64,000 nt of DNA from an uncultured delta proteobacterium (GCA_963850305.1 CAWKKR010000008.1:928001-992000); one strand, 5' to 3'; shown: positions 45,803 through 55,373, counted from the first letter of the stretch. The notes: a model not told the origin generated them from the sequence alone. Numbers and translations are program-made.

Positions 45803-46307
45803 TCACGTGCTGAGGGCAGCGGGCCGCATCACGGGCGAGAAGCGGTTCGTGATCATCGGCAGCCAGAGTCTCCACGGGAAGTATCCCGATCTGCCCGACG
45901 ATCTCGTGCGCTCCGCCGAAGTCGACCTCGTCGCGAAGGGGCACGCTTCGCGAACGGAGTGGCTGAACGCAATCGGTCAGGACTCGCCGTTTCATCAGGA
46001 ATTCGGCTACTACGCGGACCCGGTCGAAGAGGGGACCGCGACGCTCCCTGCCGGCTGGAAAGGGCGGCTCGTGAATCTCCCTCCCGGCGATACCGAGGGC
46101 GTGGTGGGTCTCTGCCTCGATCCGCACGACCTGGTCATCGCCAAGTACGTCGCCCGGCGAGACAAAGACCTCGCCTTCAACCGCGAGCTCGCTCGGCGCA
46201 AACTGGTGAGTCGGAAGCGTCTCCTGGAACTGCTCCCGAAGACGCCCGTCGAGCAAGCCATCCGCGACCGGATCCTGCGCGACATCGCAAACGACTTCGC
46301 GAGATGA
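45783..46307 (+). CDS. DUF6036-like nucleotidyltransferase-fold protein
   Basis: IIGSQS...SAEVD (GS...ExD), LPAGW..RL and DL..AK...R.KD motifs. Confidence 0.75.
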   Translation: MKKHHLDHVLRAAGRITGEKRFVIIGSQSLHGKYPDLPDDLVRSAEVDLVAKGHASRTEWLNAIGQDSPFHQEFGYYADPVEEGTATLPAGWKGRLVNLPPGDTEGVVGLCLDPHDLVIAKYVARRDKDLAFNRELARRKLVSRKRLLELLPKTPVEQAIRDRILRDIANDFAR

Positions 46308-46377
46308 CCAGTCTTTCGGTCGGTGACGCTCCCATGTTGCAAATGCACGACGTGACGCACCAGTCAGATACCGAGGA

Positions 46378-46565
46378 CCATTCCGCAATCGCGGTGCTCG
46401 GGGCCGTCACCGACCAGCCGTCCTCGTGGGCGACGCTCAGCAGCCGGTGAGCTTCACGCCGAGCTCGGAGAGGAGCTTTCCCAGTGCAGCGTGACGCCGC
46501 TGGCGATGGATTGCTTCACTGACGAGAGCGGAGAGACTCGGTCGACGTGCGCGTGCTTCCCCGAC
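46378..46565 (-). pseudogene. Relic of an RHH antitoxin/PIN toxin pair
   Basis: Fragments SLSALVSEAIHRQRRHAALGKLLSELG and LSVAHEDGWSVTAPSTAIAEW. Confidence 0.35.
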
Positions 46566-46569
46566 CGTG

Positions 46570-47613
46570 TCACGCCCGCGCCCTAGCCCCCACGATGTCC
46601 TCGCTCCGATAGCTGTCCGGTGGCTTGCCCGTCCACCGTTTGAAGGCGCGGTTGAAGGCGCTTTTTTCCGAGTATCCGAGGCGGAAGGCGATTTCGGTGA
46701 CGCCGATGCCTCGTTGTTCGAGATAGCGATGGGCGAGGTGAAGGCGCACTTGTTCCAAGAGCTCCCGATACGTGGTTCCGTCGGCGCTGAGGGCGCGGCT
46801 GAGTGCTTTCGGGTGCATGCCGAGGCGCGAGGCAACATGAATGATGCTCGAATGGCCTTCGCTGATCTCCCGGGAGATGGCATTCACGACGTCGCGTCGA
46901 AAGGCCATGGGCTCGCTGAGCTCCGACAGCAGCGATTCGGCTTCGCGTTGGAGCGCGGCGCACAGAGCCGGATCGTGATCGACGACCGCCAAGAGTAGGT
47001 ACTCGGTGGTGAACGTGACCGAGTTCTCCGTGGCTCCAAAGTGCACCGGGCACCCGAAGAACCCCTCGACGTTCTGCGACTCCGCTTGCCGATCGTGCGT
47101 GAAGCGGACTTCGATCGGCGGGCCATGCGGCCCGGCCAGCTGTCGTGCGAGCGTCACGATCGAACCGATCAAGAATTCCGCGCCCTCGCGGTGCAGCTGC
47201 CCATCGTGGGGCGTCTCGAGAAGGATGACCGCCTGACGGCCATCGAGCCGCACCGCAAAGCGCTGCCTCTCCGATAGAAGGCGAAACAGTCGAACTCCCC
47301 GAGCGAGCGCGTCTCCGAGGGTCGCGCTCGCGGCGAGCACTTTGCCGAAAGTCGAGAATTGGTCGACCCTTACACTTTCTGCCATGCGGAGTCCGAGGCC
47401 GCGCCGACCGGTGAGCTCGCTCACGGCTTCCCACAGGTCGTGCATGACGGTCGGCCTCAGCCGTTCCGGCAGCTCGCCGAGCTCGGAGACTTTCAGACCG
47501 AGCTTGGCCAACGGTCCTTGAATATCGACGTCGAGCATCCGGAGCGAAGCTACGGTCCCGAGGAACAGGGCCCGAGAAACGGCGGGTTCCTCGGGACGGG
47601 CCGTAGAGAGCAT
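46570..47613 (-). CDS. AraC family regulator
   Basis: C-terminal EIAFRLGYSEKSAFNRAFKRWTG, with FFGCPVHF in the ligand domain. Confidence 0.92.
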   Translation of the reverse strand: MLSTARPEEPAVSRALFLGTVASLRMLDVDIQGPLAKLGLKVSELGELPERLRPTVMHDLWEAVSELTGRRGLGLRMAESVRVDQFSTFGKVLAASATLGDALARGVRLFRLLSERQRFAVRLDGRQAVILLETPHDGQLHREGAEFLIGSIVTLARQLAGPHGPPIEVRFTHDRQAESQNVEGFFGCPVHFGATENSVTFTTEYLLLAVVDHDPALCAALQREAESLLSELSEPMAFRRDVVNAISREISEGHSSIIHVASRLGMHPKALSRALSADGTTYRELLEQVRLHLAHRYLEQRGIGVTEIAFRLGYSEKSAFNRAFKRWTGKPPDSYRSEDIVGARARA

Positions 47614-47896
47614 TGGTGGATTATACGCCGCTCATTCGAATCGCCTGTCGCGACCTGTCGCCGTTTGTCGGGCTCGGTGTCCCGGCCGGTCACTCCCTGG
47701 GCGCGAGCGGCTTGCTATGCGTGACGGGTCATGGAAGCCACGGAAACAACACGTGTTCCTCTCGAACGGAGACGGCGTCCATGCTTCCGTGGCTTCGCCT
47801 CGACGCTGCTCACGGTCCTCGTCCTCCACGCCGCATCGGCCGAGGCGCAAGGGCGCGGCGGCGAAAACGCAACTGAGCTTTTGGAGTCCATCAACC

Positions 47897-49309
47897 ATGT
47901 CGATCATCAACAATCTGGTTACGAGCTGCTCGTGCATCGTGCTTGCGGCGGCGTGTTCGAGTAGTTCGACCCCCGGCAAGGCCAGCCAAAACGGCGTCGT
48001 CGCCGACGCGGGCGGCGATGGCGGCAGCACCGCCGAGAATTGCGACAAGACGAAGCGGCCCATCTTGTTCGTCCACGGCATCATGGGCGGCGGGGACAAC
48101 TTCGAGCTCCAGGCGCAGCGTTTCATGTCGAACGGATACTGCAGCTCGGCGATCCGGGCATTCGACTACGACGCGACGTCCCTGGCGTTCAGCAGCCCGA
48201 CACAGGCCGAGCTGGACGCAACCCAAACTGCGCTCGACGCGACCGTCGACGCATTTCGCGAAGACACGGGCTTCGACACGATCGATCTCGTCGGGCACTC
48301 GTTCGGTACCTCGACGTCGGCGACTTACTTGTCTGTGCCGACCCAGGCGGCGAAGATCGCTCACTACGCGCAGGCAGCCGGAGCCGGCCTCGCCGAGCCG
48401 GTGCCAGAAGTGAACCTCTCATCGGACGGGGATTTCGTCGCCGGCAACCCCAAGAAAATTGCGCCAGCCCCCGCGCAAAACCCGGACATCGGTTACGTCG
48501 ATCACGTCGGCGTGCTCACTTGCCAGGCGTCGTTCAACGCGATGTACACGTTCTTCAACGGCGCGCCTCCGAGCTCGCCGGACGTCGTGCCCGAACAGCA
48601 CATCACCGTATCCGGCTTTTACAAGAATTTCTCGGACAACACGCCGCACTCGGGGATCACGATCGGGATCTACGAGGTGGACTCGACGACGGGCGAGCGG
48701 CTTCACACTTCGCCCGACTTCCAGTTCGTGACGGGCAGCGACGGCGGGTGGGGACCGTTCGTCGCGAAACCGAACGCTCGCTACGAATTCTTTCAGCCCG
48801 AGGCGGGAGAACCGCCCGCCGCGGGTCAACCCGGACGCCCCCAGCACACCTACCGCGGGCCGTTCGTTCGCTCGACGCATCTCATGTACCTGAAGGCACT
48901 GCCGAAGGCGGGGAGCTTCGCGGGCAGCCTGATCATCGGAAACATCCAGTACTCGGACACTCGAACGGGTCTGATCCTCCAGAACACCCATCGTGCGATG
49001 ATCAGCCGCGCCGATCCCGCGAGCACGCATGGCACCGACAGCCTCACGGTGAACGGTTCGGAGCTGCTGACTGCTCAAGTCGCGCCGGAAAAGCTGCAGC
49101 TCATCGCCCTCTTCGCGTTCGACAACAATCAAACGCCGCTCACGCCCATCACGAGCATCAGCTCGCCGTTCTTCTTGAGCGCCGTGGACGTCTCGTTGCC
49201 GACGTCCGACCCCTCGCCCGTCGAAGTGGTCTACGACCAGGTCACGATCCACACTCATCGATGGAAGAGCGACACCGAAGGCTCGACCTTGATAGTCCTG
49301 GACAATTGA
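47897..49309 (+). CDS. Alpha/beta hydrolase lipoprotein
   Basis: Lipobox AAAC, PILFVHG, GHSFG and DH motifs. It is divergent from the AraC gene. Confidence 0.85.
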   Translation: MSIINNLVTSCSCIVLAAACSSSSTPGKASQNGVVADAGGDGGSTAENCDKTKRPILFVHGIMGGGDNFELQAQRFMSNGYCSSAIRAFDYDATSLAFSSPTQAELDATQTALDATVDAFREDTGFDTIDLVGHSFGTSTSATYLSVPTQAAKIAHYAQAAGAGLAEPVPEVNLSSDGDFVAGNPKKIAPAPAQNPDIGYVDHVGVLTCQASFNAMYTFFNGAPPSSPDVVPEQHITVSGFYKNFSDNTPHSGITIGIYEVDSTTGERLHTSPDFQFVTGSDGGWGPFVAKPNARYEFFQPEAGEPPAAGQPGRPQHTYRGPFVRSTHLMYLKALPKAGSFAGSLIIGNIQYSDTRTGLILQNTHRAMISRADPASTHGTDSLTVNGSELLTAQVAPEKLQLIALFAFDNNQTPLTPITSISSPFFLSAVDVSLPTSDPSPVEVVYDQVTIHTHRWKSDTEGSTLIVLDN

Positions 49310-49394
49310 AGGGGCGAGATTTCAAGTCGGATCGCGGTGGTCGAAGAAGCTGCTCGCCTTGCTGTCGAGCGCGACAATCGCCTGCATGTCTTCG

Positions 49395-49532
49395 CGGAAC
49401 GCCAATCGTCGGTCCCACCGTTCGCGTCAGCAGCGGGAGGAGCAGAAGCGCTCCGCCAAAACCAACCGAGCCCGACACCGCGGCGGCGAGCACAGCTCCG
49501 ACGAACAACAGCAGCGTCGAGATGGGAGTCAC
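49395..49532 (-). pseudogene. N-terminal fragment of a TauE/SafE family exporter
   Basis: LAAAVSGSVGFGGALLLLPLL, after which similarity is lost. Confidence 0.6.
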
Positions 49533-49609
49533 GTCACCGGGGACCAAACTGAATTACCAGGCTGCCGGGGCTCCCGCGTGCCGCGGGCTGCGCGGATGCC
49601 GGTTGCGCT

Positions 49610-50533
49610 CTACTTCGCCGGAGAGTTCCTCCGCGTTTCGAGCTCCCCGCGCAGTTCCTTGACCTCGGCCTTTAGACTCTCGATCTCTCGGTGCTGCTCC
49701 TGCAACGCGGCGACCGCCATGCTCGTGTATCCGTACAGATCGACCTGGTCGTGCTGCGAGTCTACGCTGGGGCTTGGTTCGACGTCTTCGATGATGAAGC
49801 CGAGATGCTGCCGCTCGGGGCCGTCCTTGTACCGATATCGGACGAGCGGAATCGATTGAACGTCGTCGGCGAGCTTCGCACGCTCGGCGGCAGACAGGTA
49901 CTCGATGTCGGTTTTGTACTTCGCTCGAGAGATCGGGCACTCGCCGCCGTGAGTCGGGTCGGTCGTCGCGCACTTTAGCGGGCCGCTGCACGCCGCTCCC
50001 GTGTCGCATTCGGCGTCTGCCGTGGAGCACTCCGTGCCCGCCGATTCTGCTGTCGTACATGCCGGCGTTCCGGACGACGTCCCGCCTGCGCCAGGAGTCG
50101 GTGCGCGGCACACGGGTGGGCCACACGTCGGATACCACTTCAGGGTTCCGGAGGCGCCGCCACTACCGCTGGCGCCGCCGCTGCCGGAAGAGCCTGCAGT
50201 CGTGCACACTCCGTTCACGCAGATGGTCGCCGCACACATGTAGCAACCGCGCTGCGGGCACTCCGCGCTTGTCGTGCATTCGGTGGCCGACGATCCGCCC
50301 GTGCTTCCAACGGTTCCGCCAGTCCCGGACATACCGCTCGTGCCACCAAGGCCCTCGGCGCCGCCAGCACTCGCGGAGCCTCCTGAGCTCGAGCTTCCTC
50401 CGGTACCAGATGTCGCGCCGGTGCCCGACCCTCCCGTCCCGTGCAGGCCCGAAACATCCTGTCCCGAGCCGGTGTCGCCTCCGCATCCCGTCGTCGCTGT
50501 GAGAACCAAGCCAACAAAAACGAGCTGTCGCAT
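49610..50533 (-). CDS. Gly/Cys-rich lipoprotein with a C-terminal peptidase S74 intramolecular chaperone domain
   Basis: Lipobox TTGC, SRAKYKTDI, YRYK, LGFIIEDV and VDLYG..AVAALQE followed by a coiled coil. Confidence 0.85.
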   Translation of the reverse strand: MRQLVFVGLVLTATTGCGGDTGSGQDVSGLHGTGGSGTGATSGTGGSSSSGGSASAGGAEGLGGTSGMSGTGGTVGSTGGSSATECTTSAECPQRGCYMCAATICVNGVCTTAGSSGSGGASGSGGASGTLKWYPTCGPPVCRAPTPGAGGTSSGTPACTTAESAGTECSTADAECDTGAACSGPLKCATTDPTHGGECPISRAKYKTDIEYLSAAERAKLADDVQSIPLVRYRYKDGPERQHLGFIIEDVEPSPSVDSQHDQVDLYGYTSMAVAALQEQHREIESLKAEVKELRGELETRRNSPAK

Positions 50534-50875
50534 CGCGCTCTCCTTTCAAGACAAGACGCTCGCGAGCGCACGCGGCGACGCAAGCGGACCCTAACGAGGC
50601 GATCGAAGTGTAACAGAAGTCCAACGTGCCCTCGACGAGCGAGGTCGAAACCGCTGGAACCACGTGATGATGTTGAAGGAGTCACGCGGGGCCGCGCGCA
50701 CGGAGTATCGTTGGTCCGTCGCTGTCTGCCGTGACGCGGTGCTCCGAGAAAAACCCAGGAATGCGCTCCCTCGCGCTCCTACTGCGCGGCGACCAACCGC
50801 GAACTGCGTGCGATGACCGCAATTCGGTGATGTCTGCCGGATCTCACCCAGGCCAAGTCGTTAAGCTGGTCTCGT

Positions 50876-50891
50876 TGGCACGAGTGGTGCT
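50876..50891 (+). promoter_or_regulatory. Sigma-54 (-24/-12) promoter
   Basis: TGGCACGAGTGGTGCT, 54 nt before the ATG. Confidence 0.65.
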
Positions 50892-50945
50892 TCAGTACGG
50901 TCGGCGACGGACTGCGAATCGCCGTCACTCGAAGAGGGTCTCATC

Positions 50946-52133
50946 ATGATCTTGCGGAAACCAATCGCGGTCGCTGCCGCTGCCATCCTCGGCGCGGCCT
51001 TCTCCGGATGCGGCGGGACGACGTTCACGAACGAGTCGTCATCGCGTGATGCGGGTGCGAACGGCGGCTCGGCGGGCAAGTCCACGGGTGGAGGCTCGTC
51101 CACAGGCGGCGGAAGCACGTCGGGCGGCGCCAGCGGGTCTGGCGGTTCATCGAGCAGCGGCGGTTCACCGAGCAGCGGCGGTTCACCGAGTACGGGCGGT
51201 TCACCGAGCAGCGGCGGTTCATCGAGCAGCGGCGGTTCACCGAGTACGGGCGGCTCGCCCGGCTCGGGTGGAACTTCCGGTAGCGGTGGAGTGAGCAGCG
51301 GCGGAGCTCCGTCATCTGGGGGCTCGCCGGGATCGGGCGGCTCGCCGGGAACATGCAATGCAACGACGTGCAGCGCGTTCTCGGGGCGAACCTGCTGCGG
51401 TGACACATGCGTGAACACGGCGAACGATCCGCACCACTGCGGCTCCTGCGGCAACGCCTGCCAAGGCGACAAGCCTTTCTGCGCCGGAGGGCAATGCGGC
51501 CAGACTCCTTGCACTCCGCCGCCCGGGGCCGGGGCGTGCGCGCCGTCATCGCTATGCTGCGGGACGAGCTGTTGCGCACCCGGGCAGATCTGCTGTTCCG
51601 TGTCCGACAACTTCACGACCATCGGCTGTTATGATCCGGCGCAATCTGCCGGAACGTGTCCCGTCGGTTGCCCGGCGTGCGTTTGCGCTTCTCCGGACAC
51701 GCCCATCGCGACCCCGGACGGCGAGCGAGCCATCGCGTCCCTCCAGGTCGGCGATCGGGTGCTCAGCGTCGATCACGGACGTGTGGTCGACGTGCCGATT
51801 GTCGAGATCCACCGTAACCCCGCGCGGAATCACCACGTCGTGCGCGTCGAGCTGACGAACGGCTCCGTGCTCGAGATCAGCGCGCCGCATCCGACGGCCG
51901 ACGGTCGCACCTTCGGGGACCTTCGAGACAACGACACTCTCGGTGGGGTCCGCATCGAGCGCGTGACGGTCGTGCCTTACGGACCCGCCTTCACGTACGA
52001 CATCCTCCCCGCGTCGGATTCCGGCACGTACTATGCGGGAGGCGTCTTGATCGGCAGCACGCTCGGCGGCGCGGCGCTCTCCTCGGGCGAAGGGGACTAT
52101 TCGGCGATGAGCCTGTCGGGTAACGCGCGATGA
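50946..52133 (+). CDS. Gly/Ser- and Cys-rich lipoprotein with a C-terminal Hint domain
   Basis: Lipobox FSGC, CASPDTPIATPDGERAIASLQVGDRV, SAPHP and TYDIL...TYYAGGVLIGS. Confidence 0.85.
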   Translation: MILRKPIAVAAAAILGAAFSGCGGTTFTNESSSRDAGANGGSAGKSTGGGSSTGGGSTSGGASGSGGSSSSGGSPSSGGSPSTGGSPSSGGSSSSGGSPSTGGSPGSGGTSGSGGVSSGGAPSSGGSPGSGGSPGTCNATTCSAFSGRTCCGDTCVNTANDPHHCGSCGNACQGDKPFCAGGQCGQTPCTPPPGAGACAPSSLCCGTSCCAPGQICCSVSDNFTTIGCYDPAQSAGTCPVGCPACVCASPDTPIATPDGERAIASLQVGDRVLSVDHGRVVDVPIVEIHRNPARNHHVVRVELTNGSVLEISAPHPTADGRTFGDLRDNDTLGGVRIERVTVVPYGPAFTYDILPASDSGTYYAGGVLIGSTLGGAALSSGEGDYSAMSLSGNAR

Positions 52134-52170
52134 CTGCGGGTCGCCGGACCCGCAGCCTGAATGCTTAGGC

Positions 52171-52500
52171 TGCCCGAGTTACGTCTGCGTCAACGGCTCG
52201 TGCACTGCATCGCCCGGTGGCGGCACGGGAGGCGCACTCGGTTCCGGCGGCTCGGTAGGCGCGGGCGGCTCCACGGGAACAGGCGGTGCGCCCACGAACG
52301 CGTGTGTGCAGGCAGGCGGAATCTGCGAGTGCGGCTGCAACGCGGACACGACACCCGCGTCCTCCGGGTTCGCGTTCTCATCGTGCCCCCAACCCTGCCC
52401 CACGTGCGGGGCCTGCAGCCCGATGTGTTGCCTGCCAACCGCCAGTTCGTTCGCATGCGGGACTGCGACGTGCACGGCAAATCGAATCTGCGGCCGAGCT
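52171..52500 (+). pseudogene. Start-less fragment of another Gly/Cys-rich protein
   Basis: CPSYVCVNGSCTASPGGGTGG...ACVQAGGICEC...PMCCLP, with no signal peptide. Confidence 0.55.
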
Positions 52501-52705
52501 CTTGCATCGCGCGCCGCAGCTCGGCCTCGTCCAGCGGACCGGCAACCCTCAGGTACTTAAAGCCCTAATTAGGACACTACCCACCGACGCTCCCGCCGGC
52601 ATCGGTGCAAACCGGGTGCTCTGGTGACACTTTAGACCGGGTCCCTGGGTGACACTTTTTGGGTGACGGGTCTGCCTGACGGCGGGCTGACGGCTAATTG
52701 CCGCC

Positions 52706-53869
52706 ATGCCGTGGAAGGAAGCCCGGATCGTGGACGAGCGAGTTCGATTCATCGCGGCTGTCGCGGAGGACCCGAGGGGAAACTTCACCCGCCTGTGCGC
52801 CAGCTTCGGCATCAGCCGGGCGAAGGGCTACAAATGGCTGGAGCGGTACGAGCGGCTAGGCCCGGCGGGGCTCGAGGACCAAAGGTCGGTCGCGAAGAGC
52901 TGCCCGCACCGCACGCCGGATGACGTGGTCGACCGGATCATCACGCTGCGGAAGCGGTTTCCATTCGACGGTCCCAAGAAGCTGCGCGTCCGGCTCCGAG
53001 ACATCGATGGTGCTGACTTCGCTCTCCCCGCAGCGAGCACGATCGGTGAGATTCTGGATCGCTACGGGCTCGTGCGTCCGCGCCGCTCGCGGCTTCGTGT
53101 TCCGCCGAGCACGGAGCCCTTGGCCCACGCCGAGCTGCCCAACGACGTCTGGTGCACGGACTTCAAGGGGCACTTCGCTTGCGGCGATGGCACCCGCTGC
53201 CACCCGTTGACCATCACCGACGCGATGAGCCGGTACCTCGTCAAATGCGAGGGGCTACCCGGTGAGAAAGAAGGACCGGTGCGTGAGCAGTTCGAGCTCG
53301 CGTTCCGCGAGTTCGGAGTGCCCCGTCGCATTCGCTCGGACAACGGGTCGCCGTTCGCCAGCAAGGCTTTAGGCGGACTTTCCCGCCTCAGCATGTGGTG
53401 GATTCAGCTCGGCATCGTGCCCGAGCGCATCGAGCCAGGGCAACCGCAACAGAATGGTCGTCACGAGCGCATGCACAAGACGCTCAAGGAGCAGACCGCC
53501 AATCCACCGGCTGCAACGCCGATTGATCAGCAACGCGCCTTCGATCGCTTTCGCGCCGACTACAACGACCATCGTCCGCACGAAGCGCTCGGCCTCACGC
53601 CGCCTGCGCGACACTACGAGCCGTCGCTGCGTCCCATGCCGGAGCGTTTGCGAGCTCCCGCTTACGGCGACGATTTCGACGTGCGGCGAGTTAACACAAG
53701 CGGGGTTCTGAAGTTCAAGGGCAAGCAGCTGACCGTCAGCACACTCTTCACCGATCAGCCGCTCGGTCTTCAGCGGGTCGACGAGGAAGAGTGGGACCTT
53801 CACTACGGCCCGGTGCTCCTCGGTCATGTTCTCCTGCGCAACGGCGAGCTGCGACTCGAGCGGCCGTAG
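52706..53869 (+). CDS. IS481 family DDE transposase
   Basis: MPWKE start, WCTDFKG, SDNGSPF, NGRHERMH and YNDHRPHEAL motifs. Confidence 0.92.
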   Translation: MPWKEARIVDERVRFIAAVAEDPRGNFTRLCASFGISRAKGYKWLERYERLGPAGLEDQRSVAKSCPHRTPDDVVDRIITLRKRFPFDGPKKLRVRLRDIDGADFALPAASTIGEILDRYGLVRPRRSRLRVPPSTEPLAHAELPNDVWCTDFKGHFACGDGTRCHPLTITDAMSRYLVKCEGLPGEKEGPVREQFELAFREFGVPRRIRSDNGSPFASKALGGLSRLSMWWIQLGIVPERIEPGQPQQNGRHERMHKTLKEQTANPPAATPIDQQRAFDRFRADYNDHRPHEALGLTPPARHYEPSLRPMPERLRAPAYGDDFDVRRVNTSGVLKFKGKQLTVSTLFTDQPLGLQRVDEEEWDLHYGPVLLGHVLLRNGELRLERP

Positions 53870-53978
53870 CCCAGAGCTCAGCCGCCCCCCTCCATCTACC
53901 GCGTCCGTCTCTCGCTCCCGGACTGCGCTTCCGTCGCCTCCGGCTCCGTCAGCCCGAACCCGGATTGCGCCCGGATAG

Positions 53979-54158
53979 CGTCTTCGCTCGCTGAGGCTTT
54001 GTCTCTTCGCGATCGGTCCGTGTCGTTGCGCTTCCCGGTCTGTGTCTTAGAGGCACCCGGTTTACGTCCCCACAGCACCGAATCTGTGATTGAACAGAGC
54101 CGGACCTGTAACCAAGGGTCCCGGTCTATTCCGTCACCCAGGCACCCGGTCGCTCACA
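53979..54158. repeat. Eight phased degenerate 20-25 bp units in the IS right end
   Basis: Units start (T/C)GT at 53979, 54000, 54021, 54043, 54065, 54085, 54107 and 54132. Most contain (C)CGG near the unit end. Confidence 0.6.
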
Positions 54159-54486
54159 TCACGCGTCCTCCCGTCGGGATCACCGACACTCCCGCCGGGA
54201 TCACGCGTCCTCCCGCCGGGATCATGCACCCTCCCAGCCGGGATCACGCGTCCTCCCGCAGGGATCATGCACCCTCCCGGCCGGGATCATGCACCCTCCC
54301 GTCGGGATCACGCGTGATCCCGTCGGGATCACCGACACTCCCGCCGGGATCACGCGTGATCCCGTCGGGATCATGCACCCTCCCAGCCGGGATCACGCGT
54401 CCTCCCGCAGGGTCAAGCGACAAACCCGACGGGAGTGCCGACAAACCCGACGGGAGTGCCGACAAACCCGACGGGAGTGCCGACAA
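54159..54486. repeat. 21/22-bp tandem array (12 units) followed by three related units in inverted orientation
   Basis: tca-N7-tccc-N3/4-ggga x12 at 54159-54413, and cgacaaacccgacgggagtgc x3 at 54418-54480. Confidence 0.95.
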
Positions 54487-54604
54487 TGTCGAGTCGACCG
54501 ACGCCCGGGACGCCGCACCAGTCGATGCTCCCACGCGACAACGGCTCCGATCCCGGCGGGATCGTCGGTCACCGTCGCGGACTCGTCGTCGATGTCGCGT
54601 GGCC

Positions 54605-54650
54605 TGGCAGGGATCGTGCCGGTTGAAGCCGCGATGGCGACGAGATCGCG
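54605..54650. repeat. 46-bp direct repeat, copy 1
   Basis: 43 of 46 bases identical to 56289-56334. Confidence 0.9.
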
Positions 54651-54761
54651 CGGTTTCAGGGCCCTGCGCCCTGGTGCACACGGTGGGCGTCGCCCGAAAC
54701 CGCAGCTGTCGTTGCCGCCGTCGGCTCCGGCACTGCCCAGCGCGTCAGTTCGCCCGATTCT

Positions 54762-55340
54762 CTACCTGCTCTCCCCCCACAGCCTGAGCAGATCGAGCTC
54801 GATCGCCTCGAACGGCTCGGCGCGAACGAGAGCGTCGTCACCGTGAACGGCGAGAACGACCCAGCGACCAGCTTCGAGCCGGAAGACCTCGAGCGTGCGC
54901 GCGACAGCATCGACTAGCCAGGCATTCCGTACCTGCCATGCCGCATAGATCGGAAGCTTTCGCACGCGATCGGTTCGCGCGGTCGACGGAGACAGGATCT
55001 CGCAAACCCAGTCGGGCTCGATGTCGATGAACGTACCGCGCGGGGCGTCTGGCATCCGGTTCCGTCGAAAACCGGCAAGATCTGGGACGAGCACCTCTGC
55101 ACCGAGATGAACCTCCGGCTCGATCAGGATCCACCATCCGCCGGGCCCGCCATCTCCGAATTGAAACGGCGGCACGAGAATTCCCCCCGCGCCCGACATC
55201 GCGATGCTGTGCGATCCGGAGGGACGAGGGGACGTGACGAGATCGCCGTTCAGGATCTCCGCGATGACGTCGTCCGGCGCGGCCAGGACGTCTTCGTAGG
55301 TCGCCTTCCGTCGAGCCGCATCGACCATGACGTCCACCAT
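54762..55340 (-). CDS. Uma2 family endonuclease-fold protein
   Basis: ATYED, EILNG, VPDLAG and EILSPST..DR..KL.IYA motifs. Confidence 0.9.
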   Translation of the reverse strand: MVDVMVDAARRKATYEDVLAAPDDVIAEILNGDLVTSPRPSGSHSIAMSGAGGILVPPFQFGDGGPGGWWILIEPEVHLGAEVLVPDLAGFRRNRMPDAPRGTFIDIEPDWVCEILSPSTARTDRVRKLPIYAAWQVRNAWLVDAVARTLEVFRLEAGRWVVLAVHGDDALVRAEPFEAIELDLLRLWGESR

Positions 55341-55373
55341 AGCACTGCATCGACGCGCGGAATCGAGGCGCCC

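Larger units (their letters stand above)
52603..54158 (+). mobile_element. IS481-family insertion sequence
   Basis: Inverted ends are built from tgtcacc..g..cccggt units. The right end finishes ...ACA, while the left end lacks TGT. Confidence 0.8.

Noticed and set aside
49610..50533. Prophage tail fibre
   Set aside because: The S74 domain sits on a lipoprotein and no other phage genes are present.
51115..51350. 18-bp tandem repeats
   Set aside because: They encode the SSGGSP linker of the Hint lipoprotein.
54159..54486. CRISPR or TIGR-like guide array
   Set aside because: The variable parts are only 7 nt and reuse four variants. No Cas or Nop-domain gene is visible.
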